Positions 40,502 through 50,825 of a stretch of DNA of 64,000 nucleotides are shown piece by piece. Under the pieces are notes generated by a model, which did no database searches, was not told the DNA's origin, and was given only the letters and a program-made list of their open reading frames with translations. The position numbers and the translations under genes are program-made. The DNA is from Methanobacteriota archaeon (GTDB taxonomy: Archaea > Halobacteriota > Bog-38 > Methanoflorentales > Methanoflorentaceae), in contig CAVRAO010000008.1 in the NCBI GenBank assembly GCA_963719035.1, forward strand, positions 288,001-352,000, read 5' to 3'. Positions within the stretch are counted from its first letter, which is position 1; every line of letters starts with the position of its first letter.

Positions 40502-42082
40502 TCAATTTAAAACGTTCAGGACCGTTCCTACGCCTTTGCTTTTGCCTTCTCTGAAAATAAATTTCTGCCCAGCATAAACGTGATATGGCCGATATTTGAA
40601 TCGGATCCTTGCTCTTCCGGATTCTCCAGCCATCATGAATTCGCTTTCAGGATAAAATGTCACGCTCTCCGATATAGTCTCGATATGAATTACCGGTTCA
40701 TAACCACGTCCGATCCTCGTTGGATGCTGTAAGATATACACTTCGCTAATGAATTCCTTTACAGCAACAGGTTTATTCCGGGAAATAACCATGCCTCGCT
40801 CAATCTGATGTGGTTTAACCCCCTTGATTGCCAATCCCACGATATCACCTGCAGACGCTTTTTCAACGTTGCAGTGGTGCATTTCAATCGATTGAATCTT
40901 CACTAGGCGCAACGCGCCGTCTTTTCCTGGGCCTAAATAGAGCTTATCGCCTACAACAACTCTACCGCTTTTGATCGTTCCGCTGGCGACCGACCCAACG
41001 CCCGTTATCTGGTAAACTCGATCGATGTAAATCTCAAAATCTCCGTCTTCAGTGTTATTCCTTTTTGGCAAACACTTAAAAAGCTCATCCAAGATTTCTA
41101 TGCCCTCAAGCGTGACAGGCGAAGCTCGTATAATCGGGACGAGCAGTCCCTGTGCGACCTTGCTATAGATCCGCTCGACCCGATCGACCGTCTTTAACTT
41201 GTATGGCACGCGGCCGACGATTCCTAAGACATCGTGGATCTGAGATTCGACCTCTACCAACGTGTGCTCAGAGACTCTGTCTATCTTTGTTACAGCTATT
41301 ATAGTGGGCAGCTCCATTGCGAGTAGGATCCCAAGATGTTCCCGCGTGACGTTCGTAACTCCGTCGTCAGCTGAAACGACAAGAAGCCCATAATCGAGCT
41401 TCGGGCCGACAATTCCTCTGATGGTGGTTCTGAGCCACGGTTCATGGCCTACAGTGTCCACAAATGACACTAACTTTCTAGACTTTTGAACGACCCCCGC
41501 TCGTTCTTTTTTGCTTAGGGGGTTCTTAAGCCGAATGACATGTTCGTTGAACCCGTAAACGACATACGATAAGTCAGCGGAGAGCCCCCGCTCTATTTCG
41601 TGAGGTTTCACATCGAGATAGAGTCTCGTTTTTCCTGAGCCGTCATCAGGAGTTCCACTTACGATCGTTCCGACCAACGTGCTCTTCCCGTGGTCAACGT
41701 GGCCTGCCGTTCCAACAAGGATATGATCTTTAGCGGCATGTGTGTTCTTGATCGTCACTAACCCGATATGACCATTGCGGACTGGATAATCCTCCCGCTT
41801 ACTGATGTCAGCGCCGATGTCGTGGGCGATTTCTTGCAAAACAGTCACAGACTCCTCTAGCTGTGATCTAGAAATACCCTTTAAATAGCCTGAATCAGTG
41901 ATTCCGACGACATATTGCGCTTTCCCATTAGCTTGTAGCAGTTTATCGTTCATCTGACACGCGAGGGTCTGCCGGCGCTCTTCCTTAAGGTGCGTTTCAC
42001 GTGTCAAAAACTCTTTAAACTCAAGCCCCGCTCCCTCACCGGTGCCTGCGATCGCCGTCAGTTTCTCAAAACCCGAAAACAT
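40502..42082 (-). CDS. Archaeal GTPBP1-family translational GTPase
   Basis: GHVDHGKST, DTVGHEPWLRTT, TKID, EF-Tu-like barrels, FREG.SKG.G. Confidence 0.9.
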   Translation of the reverse strand: MFSGFEKLTAIAGTGEGAGLEFKEFLTRETHLKEERRQTLACQMNDKLLQANGKAQYVVGITDSGYLKGISRSQLEESVTVLQEIAHDIGADISKREDYPVRNGHIGLVTIKNTHAAKDHILVGTAGHVDHGKSTLVGTIVSGTPDDGSGKTRLYLDVKPHEIERGLSADLSYVVYGFNEHVIRLKNPLSKKERAGVVQKSRKLVSFVDTVGHEPWLRTTIRGIVGPKLDYGLLVVSADDGVTNVTREHLGILLAMELPTIIAVTKIDRVSEHTLVEVESQIHDVLGIVGRVPYKLKTVDRVERIYSKVAQGLLVPIIRASPVTLEGIEILDELFKCLPKRNNTEDGDFEIYIDRVYQITGVGSVASGTIKSGRVVVGDKLYLGPGKDGALRLVKIQSIEMHHCNVEKASAGDIVGLAIKGVKPHQIERGMVISRNKPVAVKEFISEVYILQHPTRIGRGYEPVIHIETISESVTFYPESEFMMAGESGRARIRFKYRPYHVYAGQKFIFREGKSKGVGTVLNVLN

Positions 42083-42264
42083 GTCCGCAAGTCAATAGGT
42101 GTTGTTATGACGAATAGTTCTATCGATGAGATATACTGCTTTCAGCCCTAACTTCCCCGCGAAGATCCCTTCGTTGGTTGCAAAAAGCATTGATTTAATC
42201 TGCTCAGCGTCTTGCTAACGCTGCTGTTACCGCCAGAATGTCGGTAACTCACCTACCGGAGGTG

Positions 42265-42693
42265 TCACGTGCTTGTCGGTCTTTCGTTTCTAAAGAGATA
42301 TAGTGGCAGCCCTCGAAAGCTTCGCAAGGTTAGTCGCGCGTCTTCAATGATTTCAGACCCAAACGGTTTTATAAGCGCGTCAGCACCTACCAGTCCAGAT
42401 ATAGCTAGGATATTTGGTTGAATTTCGAGTGGTGGGCGAGAAGAAAATATCAGACTAGCGCCTTGGTACACGTGCAGAGCTGGACAGGTTACGTCGTCTT
42501 TAACATAGATTGGCGCCAGCCGCCTATCGACAGCGTCGAGTTCGAGTAAATCCGTTGCCGCAACTGTAAAAAAAGGGCGTAATGCTACAGCAACTGCTGA
42601 AAACCTTCCACAACCAACCTCAACTATCATTTTCGAATAGTTGTTCTTTATAAATTCCGTGAGAACTTCTGTAACGCATCCGTGCTTATCCAC
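42265..42693 (-). CDS. UPF0146 family protein
   Basis: VEVG.G, DDV..P, Y.GA.LI.S.RPP.E. Confidence 0.8.
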   Translation of the reverse strand: MDKHGCVTEVLTEFIKNNYSKMIVEVGCGRFSAVAVALRPFFTVAATDLLELDAVDRRLAPIYVKDDVTCPALHVYQGASLIFSSRPPLEIQPNILAISGLVGADALIKPFGSEIIEDARLTLRSFRGLPLYLFRNERPTST

Positions 42694-42762
42694 AGCTTTT
42701 AATTATTCTTACGTGTCATAAACTTGTTCCACATCCACAAGCCATAAGCACGGGGTTGTCGC

Positions 42763-43200
42763 GTGTACTCAATTCGTAAGTTCCAACCGTCAGATTTTGA
42801 ACGGGTTATCGGTATCGAAAAAGAGGCATTCGACGAATATAATCCCATTCTGTTTATGGCAGCTTACGAGACGTTTCCTGAGGGGTTTCTTGTTGCAGAC
42901 AAAGATGGTGACGTGATTGGGTTCTTAACCACAGTAGCGGTCTCGCTATACGAGGTGAAGATTTTATCGCTAGCTGTCGATAGAAGATATCAAAGCAAAG
43001 GGCTTGCATCGATGCTCTTGCAGAGTCTCTTCGAAGTTGTGCGAACGAAAAGAATTCTAAAAATACTCCTCGAAGTGAGGCTGAGCAACGTTCGCGCTCA
43101 GAGATTGTATCTATCGCTCGGCTTTAATCTCGTAAAGGTAATTTGTTCGTATTATCAGGACGGAGAAGACGCCTATTTGATGGAAAAGATGCTAACTTAG
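42763..43200 (+). CDS. rimI: RimI/Ard1-like GNAT N-acetyltransferase
   Basis: LAV, Q.KG.A, LEVRLSN..AQ.LY..LGF, YY.DGEDAY.M. Confidence 0.85.
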   Translation: MYSIRKFQPSDFERVIGIEKEAFDEYNPILFMAAYETFPEGFLVADKDGDVIGFLTTVAVSLYEVKILSLAVDRRYQSKGLASMLLQSLFEVVRTKRILKILLEVRLSNVRAQRLYLSLGFNLVKVICSYYQDGEDAYLMEKMLT

Positions 43201-43203
43201 TAT

Positions 43204-43485
43204 CTATCGGAGTCTGATCATCTCAGTTCGCTCGGCGAGTTCTTGCATTCGTGCGGAAATCCTCCCTGTGCCCGAAAGCTCTTCGGAGTCCATGACAGAT
43301 GCGAGCTCGTTGCCAAGTACGAAGATAGCGTGCTTATGTTCCGCTTTGCTTCTATGTATGTGCATAGGGCCAATATGAAGCGAAGCGTACCGCTCAAACT
43401 CACCGTTACAAAATGTGTGTTCTTCAAAATAGTTCTTACAGCGAACTAAAAGCGTATGTAATTGAATCAATTCCTCTTTATGCAT
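43204..43485 (-). CDS. UPF0058 family metal-binding protein
   Basis: MHKEELIQLH, P.HIHRSKAEHKHAIF.LG. Confidence 0.85.
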   Translation of the reverse strand: MHKEELIQLHTLLVRCKNYFEEHTFCNGEFERYASLHIGPMHIHRSKAEHKHAIFVLGNELASVMDSEELSGTGRISARMQELAERTEMIRLR

Positions 43486-43665
43486 GGGCCATACCTCGGT
43501 GTCGTTAGACGCTAAACTGGTTAAAATCAAGTCGTATAAAGTGTTTATGTAGGAATAGAGCTTCCGAAAAACTATATTTAAATATAGCGCTTTCTACAGC
43601 GCTAAAGAAGGACAAAAAAGAGTTAGGGGGTGCGGAACTGGTTAAAACGGTCCCTCAGCGTTAGA

Positions 43666-44877
43666 TTACTTAATATCTTCGGTCGTAAGTACTTTGACCG
43701 ACACTGGTCGTTTCACGACGTTGCCGATTTTAACCCCGATTAGGTAATTAAGCTCCTTTTCTGCCGCAATATCAAGAATACGTTGGGTTATTACTCCGTC
43801 AAAAACGACGCTTTTAACAAGACCGTTTGACTCTTTTAGTGCGCTGACAAGATTGCGCACTTCCACCTCTTTTAAAACTTTCCCCTCAGCGTCGAGCAAA
43901 AAAGCATTCAACGTGCCATTTAGCGCCTCGGCATACTCTCTGAAGCTTTTTTCAACGGAAGACGGCTCGCTAGCTTCCACTGTTGCTACGCGCGGCGCGG
44001 GTTCTGGTCCCTTCCGAACGCTTTGTGCGGGCTTCCTTTTGCTCTTCTGCTCAAGCACCTGCTCGATAGGTATCTTGTTTCTCAGCGCCTTTACAATCTC
44101 TTTCTGAGACAGATCTTCAACGCTCTTGCCCTCGGGCGCCGACGCGACGAAATCAACGTCAGCTGTTTGCAGGAGTTCCTTTAGGATCAGTTCGCCCCCC
44201 CGATCACCGTCTACGAACGTTGTGACTGTCTTTTTCTTACTTAGCTCAATCACCGCCTTGGGAACGTTCGTCCCCTCAACTGCAATAGCGTTCTTGATGC
44301 CGCACCGTAGTAGATTCAGAACATCGGCCCGTCCTTCAACGATCAATATTGCGTCAGAATCCTGAACATTGGGGCCTGCCGGTAGTTTATCTTTTCCATA
44401 AGAAACTAGTTCGTCGACTCGAACAGCTTGCTTAACCGATTCTGTGAGTTCTTGGCTCTCAGGAAGGCTTTCGTCAAACTTGTTCAGAAGTATGTGTTTC
44501 GCCTGGTCGACGATTTGACGTCGCTTTGATGCCCGCACGTCCTCAATCTTGGTAACTGTAATACCCGCTATACATGGCCCAACGCGGTCAATCGTTTCCA
44601 GCGATGCTGCGAGTATCGATGTTTCAATCTTATCCAGAGAGGATGAGATGAGGACGTAACCGTCGGACTTGCCGCTTTTGGAGCTAATGTTTACTTCGAT
44701 CCGGCCGATCCTACCGGTTTTTTGAAGCTCTCGTAGGTCTAAATCGTCTCCAAGTAGCCCCTCTGTTTGTCCAAAAATCGCCCCAACGACGTCAGGCTTC
44801 TCGACGACGCCATCAGTGTGGATATCAGCATAAATAACGTATTTTGTAGTGTCAGAATTTTGCATATCTACCGTCAT
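43666..44877 (-). CDS. dnaG: Archaeal DnaG (TOPRIM)
   Basis: [36 protein letters not shown]. Confidence 0.95.
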   Translation of the reverse strand: MTVDMQNSDTTKYVIYADIHTDGVVEKPDVVGAIFGQTEGLLGDDLDLRELQKTGRIGRIEVNISSKSGKSDGYVLISSSLDKIETSILAASLETIDRVGPCIAGITVTKIEDVRASKRRQIVDQAKHILLNKFDESLPESQELTESVKQAVRVDELVSYGKDKLPAGPNVQDSDAILIVEGRADVLNLLRCGIKNAIAVEGTNVPKAVIELSKKKTVTTFVDGDRGGELILKELLQTADVDFVASAPEGKSVEDLSQKEIVKALRNKIPIEQVLEQKSKRKPAQSVRKGPEPAPRVATVEASEPSSVEKSFREYAEALNGTLNAFLLDAEGKVLKEVEVRNLVSALKESNGLVKSVVFDGVITQRILDIAAEKELNYLIGVKIGNVVKRPVSVKVLTTEDIK

Positions 44878-45086
44878 CTCCTTAGAAACAGCAGAAGCTA
44901 AAAAGGGTTAATAATAGGCCTTTTCAATTATCGCTATTCAATTATTGCTAAAGTCGCAGTTAGTGATAATTGCAAGCTCCTGCTTGCAGTGTGAATGTAG
45001 GTTATCGTGACCTTGTTCACTTTCTATCTTGCCCCGCTAATTATTAAAACTACCGATGTGTTACAAAACGTTGATAAGTCTTTTTC

Positions 45087-45410
45087 TTAACTAAACTGCT
45101 TTTTTAACCTCGTGTTGATAACCGTCTCAACTTCTTCAATGTCAATATTACGCAATAATACCACTTTTCTGGTGCTTGTTTGACCTGAAATTAGTTGCAC
45201 GTCGTTTACTGGTTTATTAAACAACAGAGCTAAGTATCTGACGAGTTGTTCGTTGGCTTTGCCCTTCTGGGCGTGCTCAGTAAGCTTGATGCAGAGTGTG
45301 TGCCGCCACGCGTTGTATCCACTCACACCCGAGTATCGCGAGCCTGGACTGACCTCAACGTGAAGGGTTACACCTTCCGGAACCGTCCTCAAAGCATCTG
45401 CAAGCTGCAT
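45087..45410 (-). CDS. DUF167/YggU family protein
   Basis: V.PGS, GKAN..L, I.SG.TS..K; start ATG 45410. Confidence 0.85.
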   Translation of the reverse strand: MQLADALRTVPEGVTLHVEVSPGSRYSGVSGYNAWRHTLCIKLTEHAQKGKANEQLVRYLALLFNKPVNDVQLISGQTSTRKVVLLRNIDIEEVETVINTRLKKQFS

Positions 45411-45434
45411 TGAATTTGATAAAGAGATTTGTTG

Positions 45435-45679
45435 GTCTGTGCCCTGACGCACTAACTCCGAAGGCTCATTCTAATGAAATTTTCGCTGTCACCTTCAGTT
45501 ACCCTCGTGCCAGGGCATATTGCGACCTGTACCATTGCGGGGTTGTCTTGTTATCATCGAAGGGCATTTGCCAGGAACTCAACCAAGGACCTATACGCAA
45601 CGGAAATTCTCGCTCCTTTATGCACTGATAGTCATCCAAACACAAAAGTGACGCGTCGCACCAGTCCTCTTAGGAGCGC
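45435..45679 (-). ncRNA. Three-hairpin box H/ACA pseudouridylation guide RNA
   Basis: Three hairpins, each with an internal pocket, apical GA...AUGA K-turn/K-loop and 3' ANA box (AGA, ACA, ACA); TATATAAT about 20 nt upstream; pockets complementary to conserved 23S segments. Confidence 0.8.
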
Positions 45680-45868
45680 TAAATTGTATGTGGAGGATAT
45701 TATATATCGTTTTGCTGGTTTGTAAGCGCTGCTTTCGCAACACAAGCCCGAGTCAGCAGCATCAATGCCAAGGGAGGCGCACTGCTATGAATTGAGGCCT
45801 GCCTGCAAACGAAGGCTTTCAAGAAATGCAGCCAGTAAAAAGAGAGCATGGCCCGCGCGACCGGCCAG

Positions 45869-45896
45869 ATCGATGTTTATTTATGATCATATCGAT
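45869..45896 (+). promoter_or_regulatory. ModE-box-like palindrome over the moaA TATA region
   Basis: ATCGATGTTTA-N6-ATCATATCGAT versus consensus ATCGNTATATA-N6-TATATANCGAT. Confidence 0.45.
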
Positions 45897-45913
45897 ATAT
45901 TTGTACTTGAAAC

Positions 45914-46843
45914 ATGTTTGACCCGTTTCATCGTCCAATAAAAAGCCTGCGCATTTCCTTAACGCGCAAATGCAACCTTAAGTGCCTATATTGTCACGAA
46001 GAGGGAGAGCTACGCAGTGCTCAGCCGTATGAGATCTCTGTGGCTGAAATAGCCAAAATCGCTCGAATCTGCCACAACGAGGGCGTAACGAAGGTCAAGT
46101 TTTCGGGCGGAGAGCCGCTTTTGCGCAAAGATATTAGCGAGGTTATTAAGGCGCTGCCGCCTTTCGAAGATATTTCAATGACGACCAACGGTCAACTCCT
46201 CGAAGAGCGGATAGGCGATCTAAAAGGACTTGACAGGGTAAACGTTAGCGTAGACACGTTTAATCCAGCCACCTACAAGAAGCTCACCGGGGGGAATATC
46301 GAAAACGTAGTGCGCGGACTCGACGCGGCGCTCGAAGCAGGTCTGACACCTATCAAGATCAACATGGTGGTGATGGACGGAATCAATGATCACGAGATTG
46401 GAGACATGATCAGGTATGTGCGAGGGAAAGAGATGGTTTTGCAGCTGATCGAACTAATGGACTTCAAGAAACACTCGGAGCTCAGGGGCTCGAATCTTCG
46501 CGTTATAGAAAGCACCCTGGAGGGGCTGTCAGATAGAACGACGACGAATACCTTGCACAAAAGAAAGAAGTTCGAGATCAACGACGCTGAAATTGAGATC
46601 GTCCGCCCCGTAGACAACACCGAGTTTTGCATGAACTGCACCAGGCTGAGAGTGACTTCAGACGCAAAGCTTAAGCCTTGTCTTCTCAGAAATGACAATA
46701 TTGTCGATGTACGAGGAATCGATCAAGTTTCAGACGCCGAAGCGTTAGAAATTATCGTGAAAGCTGTCAAACGGAGGGAGCCATATTACAAACCAAGACC
46801 AATTGACGGAGCTTATAGTCGACGGAAAGCGGATACCTATTAA
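45914..46843 (+). CDS. moaA: GTP 3',8-cyclase
   Basis: LRISLT..CNLKC.YC, GGEPLLR, C-terminal FC..C.RLR..LKPCL. Confidence 0.95.
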   Translation: MFDPFHRPIKSLRISLTRKCNLKCLYCHEEGELRSAQPYEISVAEIAKIARICHNEGVTKVKFSGGEPLLRKDISEVIKALPPFEDISMTTNGQLLEERIGDLKGLDRVNVSVDTFNPATYKKLTGGNIENVVRGLDAALEAGLTPIKINMVVMDGINDHEIGDMIRYVRGKEMVLQLIELMDFKKHSELRGSNLRVIESTLEGLSDRTTTNTLHKRKKFEINDAEIEIVRPVDNTEFCMNCTRLRVTSDAKLKPCLLRNDNIVDVRGIDQVSDAEALEIIVKAVKRREPYYKPRPIDGAYSRRKADTY

Positions 46844-46960
46844 CCAGTTTGTCCAAGACGTTTTTGCTGGAGTAATAGGTGGCGTTCTCTTGTCTATTCA
46901 CGGCATTGACGACGATTGGAAGCTCGCAGAAATAAAGATAAAGCACAGCGATTAGTTTTT

Positions 46961-47692
46961 ATGGAGCTTGATTCGCTCGTCGAAACACTTGAAGCAATTG
47001 CGCCTCCTGAACTCGCTGATCCTATCGATGATGGACGAATAGGGCTCATATCTCGCGGGCGGGAGAACGTCAACGTAATAACGGTTGCTTTGGATCCGAC
47101 AGCGAACGTTATTCAAAAGGCGATACAAAACAACGCTGATATACTGATCACTCACCACACACTGATTTGGAACCCCATCACTAAGGTCCCCTTAAGTATT
47201 CAAAAACAGCTCAAACTCATCTTGGAGAACGATTTATCGTTTTATGTCCTGCATACCAACTACGATGCAGCAACTGGGGGGGTCAATGACGTGTTAGCGA
47301 AACTCGTCGGATTGCACGACATCGAACCTTTTGGCATCGGACGAATTGGCACAATCAGACCGGTCAGCACATCAGATTTCGCGAAGCACGTAGCGCAAAA
47401 ACTGAATACACACGTCCAGTTTGTCGGAACGCGCGTCGTAAAAAAGGTAGCGGTGATTGGCGGTAGCGGCTTTGATGCGACGGACCAAGCAATTGCAGCT
47501 GGTGCTGATGCACTTCTTTCAGCCGAGCTGAGTCATGCTGCTATTCGCCGCGCGGAAGGGCACCTTTCTCTCGTCGATGCAACGCATTATGCTACTGAAG
47601 TGCCGGCAATGAAAGTCCTAGCCCAGCGTGTGGGCGGTGATTTCATTGATGACATACCGAAGCTCTACAGTTTCGGGTGCAAAGACAAATGA
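46961..47692 (+). CDS. Nif3-like dinuclear metal protein
   Basis: ITHH, LHTNYD, GVND.LA, HYATE. Confidence 0.9.
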   Translation: MELDSLVETLEAIAPPELADPIDDGRIGLISRGRENVNVITVALDPTANVIQKAIQNNADILITHHTLIWNPITKVPLSIQKQLKLILENDLSFYVLHTNYDAATGGVNDVLAKLVGLHDIEPFGIGRIGTIRPVSTSDFAKHVAQKLNTHVQFVGTRVVKKVAVIGGSGFDATDQAIAAGADALLSAELSHAAIRRAEGHLSLVDATHYATEVPAMKVLAQRVGGDFIDDIPKLYSFGCKDK

Positions 47693-47742
47693 CGACCTCT
47701 GCCATCGTGAAGACACAGTCGTGATGCATAGGAGAGGTATCC

Positions 47743-48039
47743 TTGTTTTCAGATACGTTTAAACGACAAATTGAACTCGAATACGGCAATCGAGGAAAAA
47801 AAGGACTTGAGATAGCTGGAGAAAGGCGTGTAAAACGTTATAAAGACTTTTATGTCGTCGTTGGAGAGACTGACGAGTACATCGTCGAGGAGACTCTGTG
47901 CACCTGCAAAGACTTTTTGTTCAACACTTCACGAAATATAGTAAAATGCAGCCATATGATTGCCGTTGAAATTGCGGAACAGGAAGGTTTGATTGATGTT
48001 ATTAACGCGTGGTATCAGGACGTGCGACCATTGCTGTAG
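47743..48039 (+). CDS. SWIM zinc-finger protein
   Basis: VKRYKDF.VVVG, CTCKDF...CSH. Confidence 0.8.
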   Translation: MFSDTFKRQIELEYGNRGKKGLEIAGERRVKRYKDFYVVVGETDEYIVEETLCTCKDFLFNTSRNIVKCSHMIAVEIAEQEGLIDVINAWYQDVRPLL

Positions 48040-48065
48040 CACGACTTTAGTTATCGACTGAGGGA

Positions 48066-49406
48066 TCAGCAGCTCACATCAGGGAGTTTCTTTCCTGTTC
48101 GTAGATATTCAATCATCTTTTGTTTCTTACTTATAGCCCGCTCAGCAGCCAGATCGATCCGAGCACGCATTAACTCAATTTCATTATCTTCTGCCTGTTC
48201 ACCGACTACTTTTTTCAAAGGGGTATACGCCGATTCGCGGAACTTTGGCGTAAGGGCAAACGGTTCACCACCCCGCAGCACTTCAGCGCCGCGCCCTTGT
48301 GTTATATAACCAACCTCGTCGACTTTGATGATGCCCTTCAAGGCGCTTTTTATTGCCGGTCCGAGCTCAGCAGGGACAATCAAAAGCAGCGAATCAACAG
48401 AGACCCCCATGAAATCGATCTGCAGATCGTCCAGCATCTTCAAAACTGCTGGGTTAATTAGGGGCCGTACCTTCTCTTCTTCGAAAACGATTTTCACATG
48501 CGCTGTTTTTGATATTTCCTCCGCGTCCCCTCGTATGCCGCCGTTTGTGACGTCGGTCATCGCGTGTATTTGGGTGACCAAGCCGGTCTGAATCAACTTG
48601 TTACAAGCGTGAAGAAACTTAAGATTCAATGTTTCTTGCACCACTTCTGGACGACCGTTGTACAACGCTGCGGCTGTTATGGTTCCCCCTCCTGCCCCTT
48701 CTGTCAACATAATGACGTCACCTACACGTGCATTGATGCGCGCCGTTAAGCCTTCAGTACTGGCCACTCCAACTGCTCCGACACATCCGGTAAGTCGATC
48801 ACCGATAACCATGTCACCACCGATTCTCAACGTGCTGCCAGTGATGAGCGGTACGTTCATGACTTCCGCTACCGCGCCGATTCCAGCCGTGTAGTCAAAA
48901 ACTTTTGAAATATCTCCATCATCAGCCACGTGAATGTCTGAGAACAACGCAACTGGCTGCGCGCCCATGACGTAGATGTCCCGCAGCGATGCGCGTGTTA
49001 CGTGGAATCCAGCGAGAAATGGAAAATCGCTCAAGCGTGAATGCATGCCGTCTACGGTGACTACAATCAAGTCCCCATGTGCTCTCACCACCCCTGAATC
49101 ATCAAGCTGATCGGAGCCAACAAGAGCGCTTGTTTTACCGATAATGCTCGCTATTTTTTCGTGCACAAAGAAGTCGCCGGCTCCTCGTGAGCCGACGCCG
49201 AAATTACCCATGGTAACCCCAGACAGTTCTCGATCACAAAGGGTCCGTTCCGCTTCCTCAACGACCGCTTGGGATAAACGGAGCGCTGACTCTCTAGGAA
49301 TGTCGCGTACTTCCAAAAGTCGCTCAACAAGCGTGAGCTCGATATCTTCTTTTGCTACTCCGCGCCTCAGCGCGTTTTTCGCATAGCCTTCGAGATCCAC
49401 TAACAC
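48066..49406 (-). CDS. AIR synthase/HypE-related PurM-superfamily protein
   Basis: GVGSRG.GDF, DDSG, DGMHSRLS, MTDVTNGG.RGD. Confidence 0.85.
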   Translation of the reverse strand: MLVDLEGYAKNALRRGVAKEDIELTLVERLLEVRDIPRESALRLSQAVVEEAERTLCDRELSGVTMGNFGVGSRGAGDFFVHEKIASIIGKTSALVGSDQLDDSGVVRAHGDLIVVTVDGMHSRLSDFPFLAGFHVTRASLRDIYVMGAQPVALFSDIHVADDGDISKVFDYTAGIGAVAEVMNVPLITGSTLRIGGDMVIGDRLTGCVGAVGVASTEGLTARINARVGDVIMLTEGAGGGTITAAALYNGRPEVVQETLNLKFLHACNKLIQTGLVTQIHAMTDVTNGGIRGDAEEISKTAHVKIVFEEEKVRPLINPAVLKMLDDLQIDFMGVSVDSLLLIVPAELGPAIKSALKGIIKVDEVGYITQGRGAEVLRGGEPFALTPKFRESAYTPLKKVVGEQAEDNEIELMRARIDLAAERAISKKQKMIEYLRTGKKLPDVSC

Positions 49407-50020
49407 AACTCCACGAAGTTCTTTAGTATCCGCAAACCGACCGTTGAAGATTTCTCTGGATGGAATTGCGTGCCAAAAACGCTTCCGCTGGCAATAACAG
49501 CGGTAAAATCGGTGCCATAGTTAGAAGTTGCAATGGTATGGCTACCTGGTTCTACATAATACGAATGAACAAAATAAACGTACCCGCCGTCGACACCTTT
49601 GACCACTGCGTTTTCGTTCACTACCTCTAAGCGATTCCATCCCATATGAGGTATCTTAAACTTTTCAGAGGTGGTATCGAAGTTGAACCGCTTGACGTGA
49701 CCTTGCAGGAGGTTTAAACCCTCGACTGGCCCCCCTTGACGCTCTCCCTCGTCGCTCACGGTCAGCAACATCTGCATGCCCAAGCAGATCCCCAGCACGG
49801 GCGTACCTTCGTCAACAGCATGCAGCAGCGCTTTTTTTTTGTTTTGCACGTTCTGCATACCGCTGTTAAACGCACCCACCCCTGGGAGCACCAACCCGTC
49901 TGCGCTGCTAAACCGAGTGGAATCTGAAGTAACTTCAACCTGTGCTCCAACGCGTTCAAGGCCACGCCTTACGCTTCTAAGGTTCCCTAAACCATAATCT
50001 ATTACAACAATTCGTTTCAT
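49400..50020 (-). CDS. hisH: Imidazole glycerol phosphate synthase glutaminase subunit
   Basis: DYGLGNL, LPGVG, GICLGMQ, PHMGWN, YFVHSY, QFHPEKS. Confidence 0.96.
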   Translation of the reverse strand: MKRIVVIDYGLGNLRSVRRGLERVGAQVEVTSDSTRFSSADGLVLPGVGAFNSGMQNVQNKKKALLHAVDEGTPVLGICLGMQMLLTVSDEGERQGGPVEGLNLLQGHVKRFNFDTTSEKFKIPHMGWNRLEVVNENAVVKGVDGGYVYFVHSYYVEPGSHTIATSNYGTDFTAVIASGSVFGTQFHPEKSSTVGLRILKNFVELC

Positions 50021-50309
50021 AGCCAGCTGTAAACAAACCGGGTCTACACTTTGCGGTCGTATTCAGTAATATATTTCCAACTGTATATATTAGGTCTCTA
50101 CAACAACCTACTCACCTAAACGTATTGAACCGTGAGCCATAACCCTGCAATACGTGTGGTCTAAGTCACGTAAACGGTGTTAAGCCTAATCTCAAGACGG
50201 GCGTATTTCGACAAACCAGCGTATTTATGGATTTTTTTACGTTAGCGTAGCGACGTCAGTCCGTATTTAACCGCAGTCAGCTTAATATACAGCTAAAGTA
50301 TTGAGATAA

Positions 50310-50762
50310 ATGATGGGAGATGAAGTAACCGCCGTCGAAATCAAAGGCATATACATGGTCAGCACTACTACCGGCCATACGCCAGTAGTGCTGTTAACGG
50401 ACGACGGGGACCGTTTCTTGCCGATATACATTGGTATCTCTGAAGCAATTTCAATCAACGCAGCGTTACACGGAGAGATACCATCTCGCCCAATGACACA
50501 CGATTTGATAATGTCGATACTGGAAAACTTTGAAGCGAGCATAGTGACGGTTATTATAGATGATATGGAAGAGGGCATCTATTATGCCCAACTCTCAATA
50601 AAAGTTAATGGCACCGAAAAACAACTCGACGCGCGTCCGAGCGATTGCATTGCGCTCGCGATTCGATCAGACACTACGGTGCTCATACGACGCTCTATCC
50701 TAGACGAAGGCGCAATAAACAAAGATGACCTCGACATCAAAGAAATGGATTTTTTCTTATAG
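50310..50762 (+). CDS. Bifunctional nuclease (DUF151/BFN) family protein
   Basis: LPIYIG..EA, RPMTHDL, DARPSD.IALA. Confidence 0.9.
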   Translation: MMGDEVTAVEIKGIYMVSTTTGHTPVVLLTDDGDRFLPIYIGISEAISINAALHGEIPSRPMTHDLIMSILENFEASIVTVIIDDMEEGIYYAQLSIKVNGTEKQLDARPSDCIALAIRSDTTVLIRRSILDEGAINKDDLDIKEMDFFL

Positions 50763-50825
50763 CGGGCTGATGTCCACTGCCGCTCCTCGCCATGTTTATC
50801 TAATATCAAAAGCTTTCGTTTCTTA

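Noticed and set aside
45435-45665. Group II intron remnant (GTGCGACG on minus strand) or RNase P/SRP RNA
   Set aside because: No convincing domain V/VI, no GAGGAAAGUCC, no SRP helix 8; H/ACA architecture explains the region better
45410-45725. ORFs 45410-45628 and 45474-45725
   Set aside because: Antisense to the H/ACA RNA, no recognisable motifs
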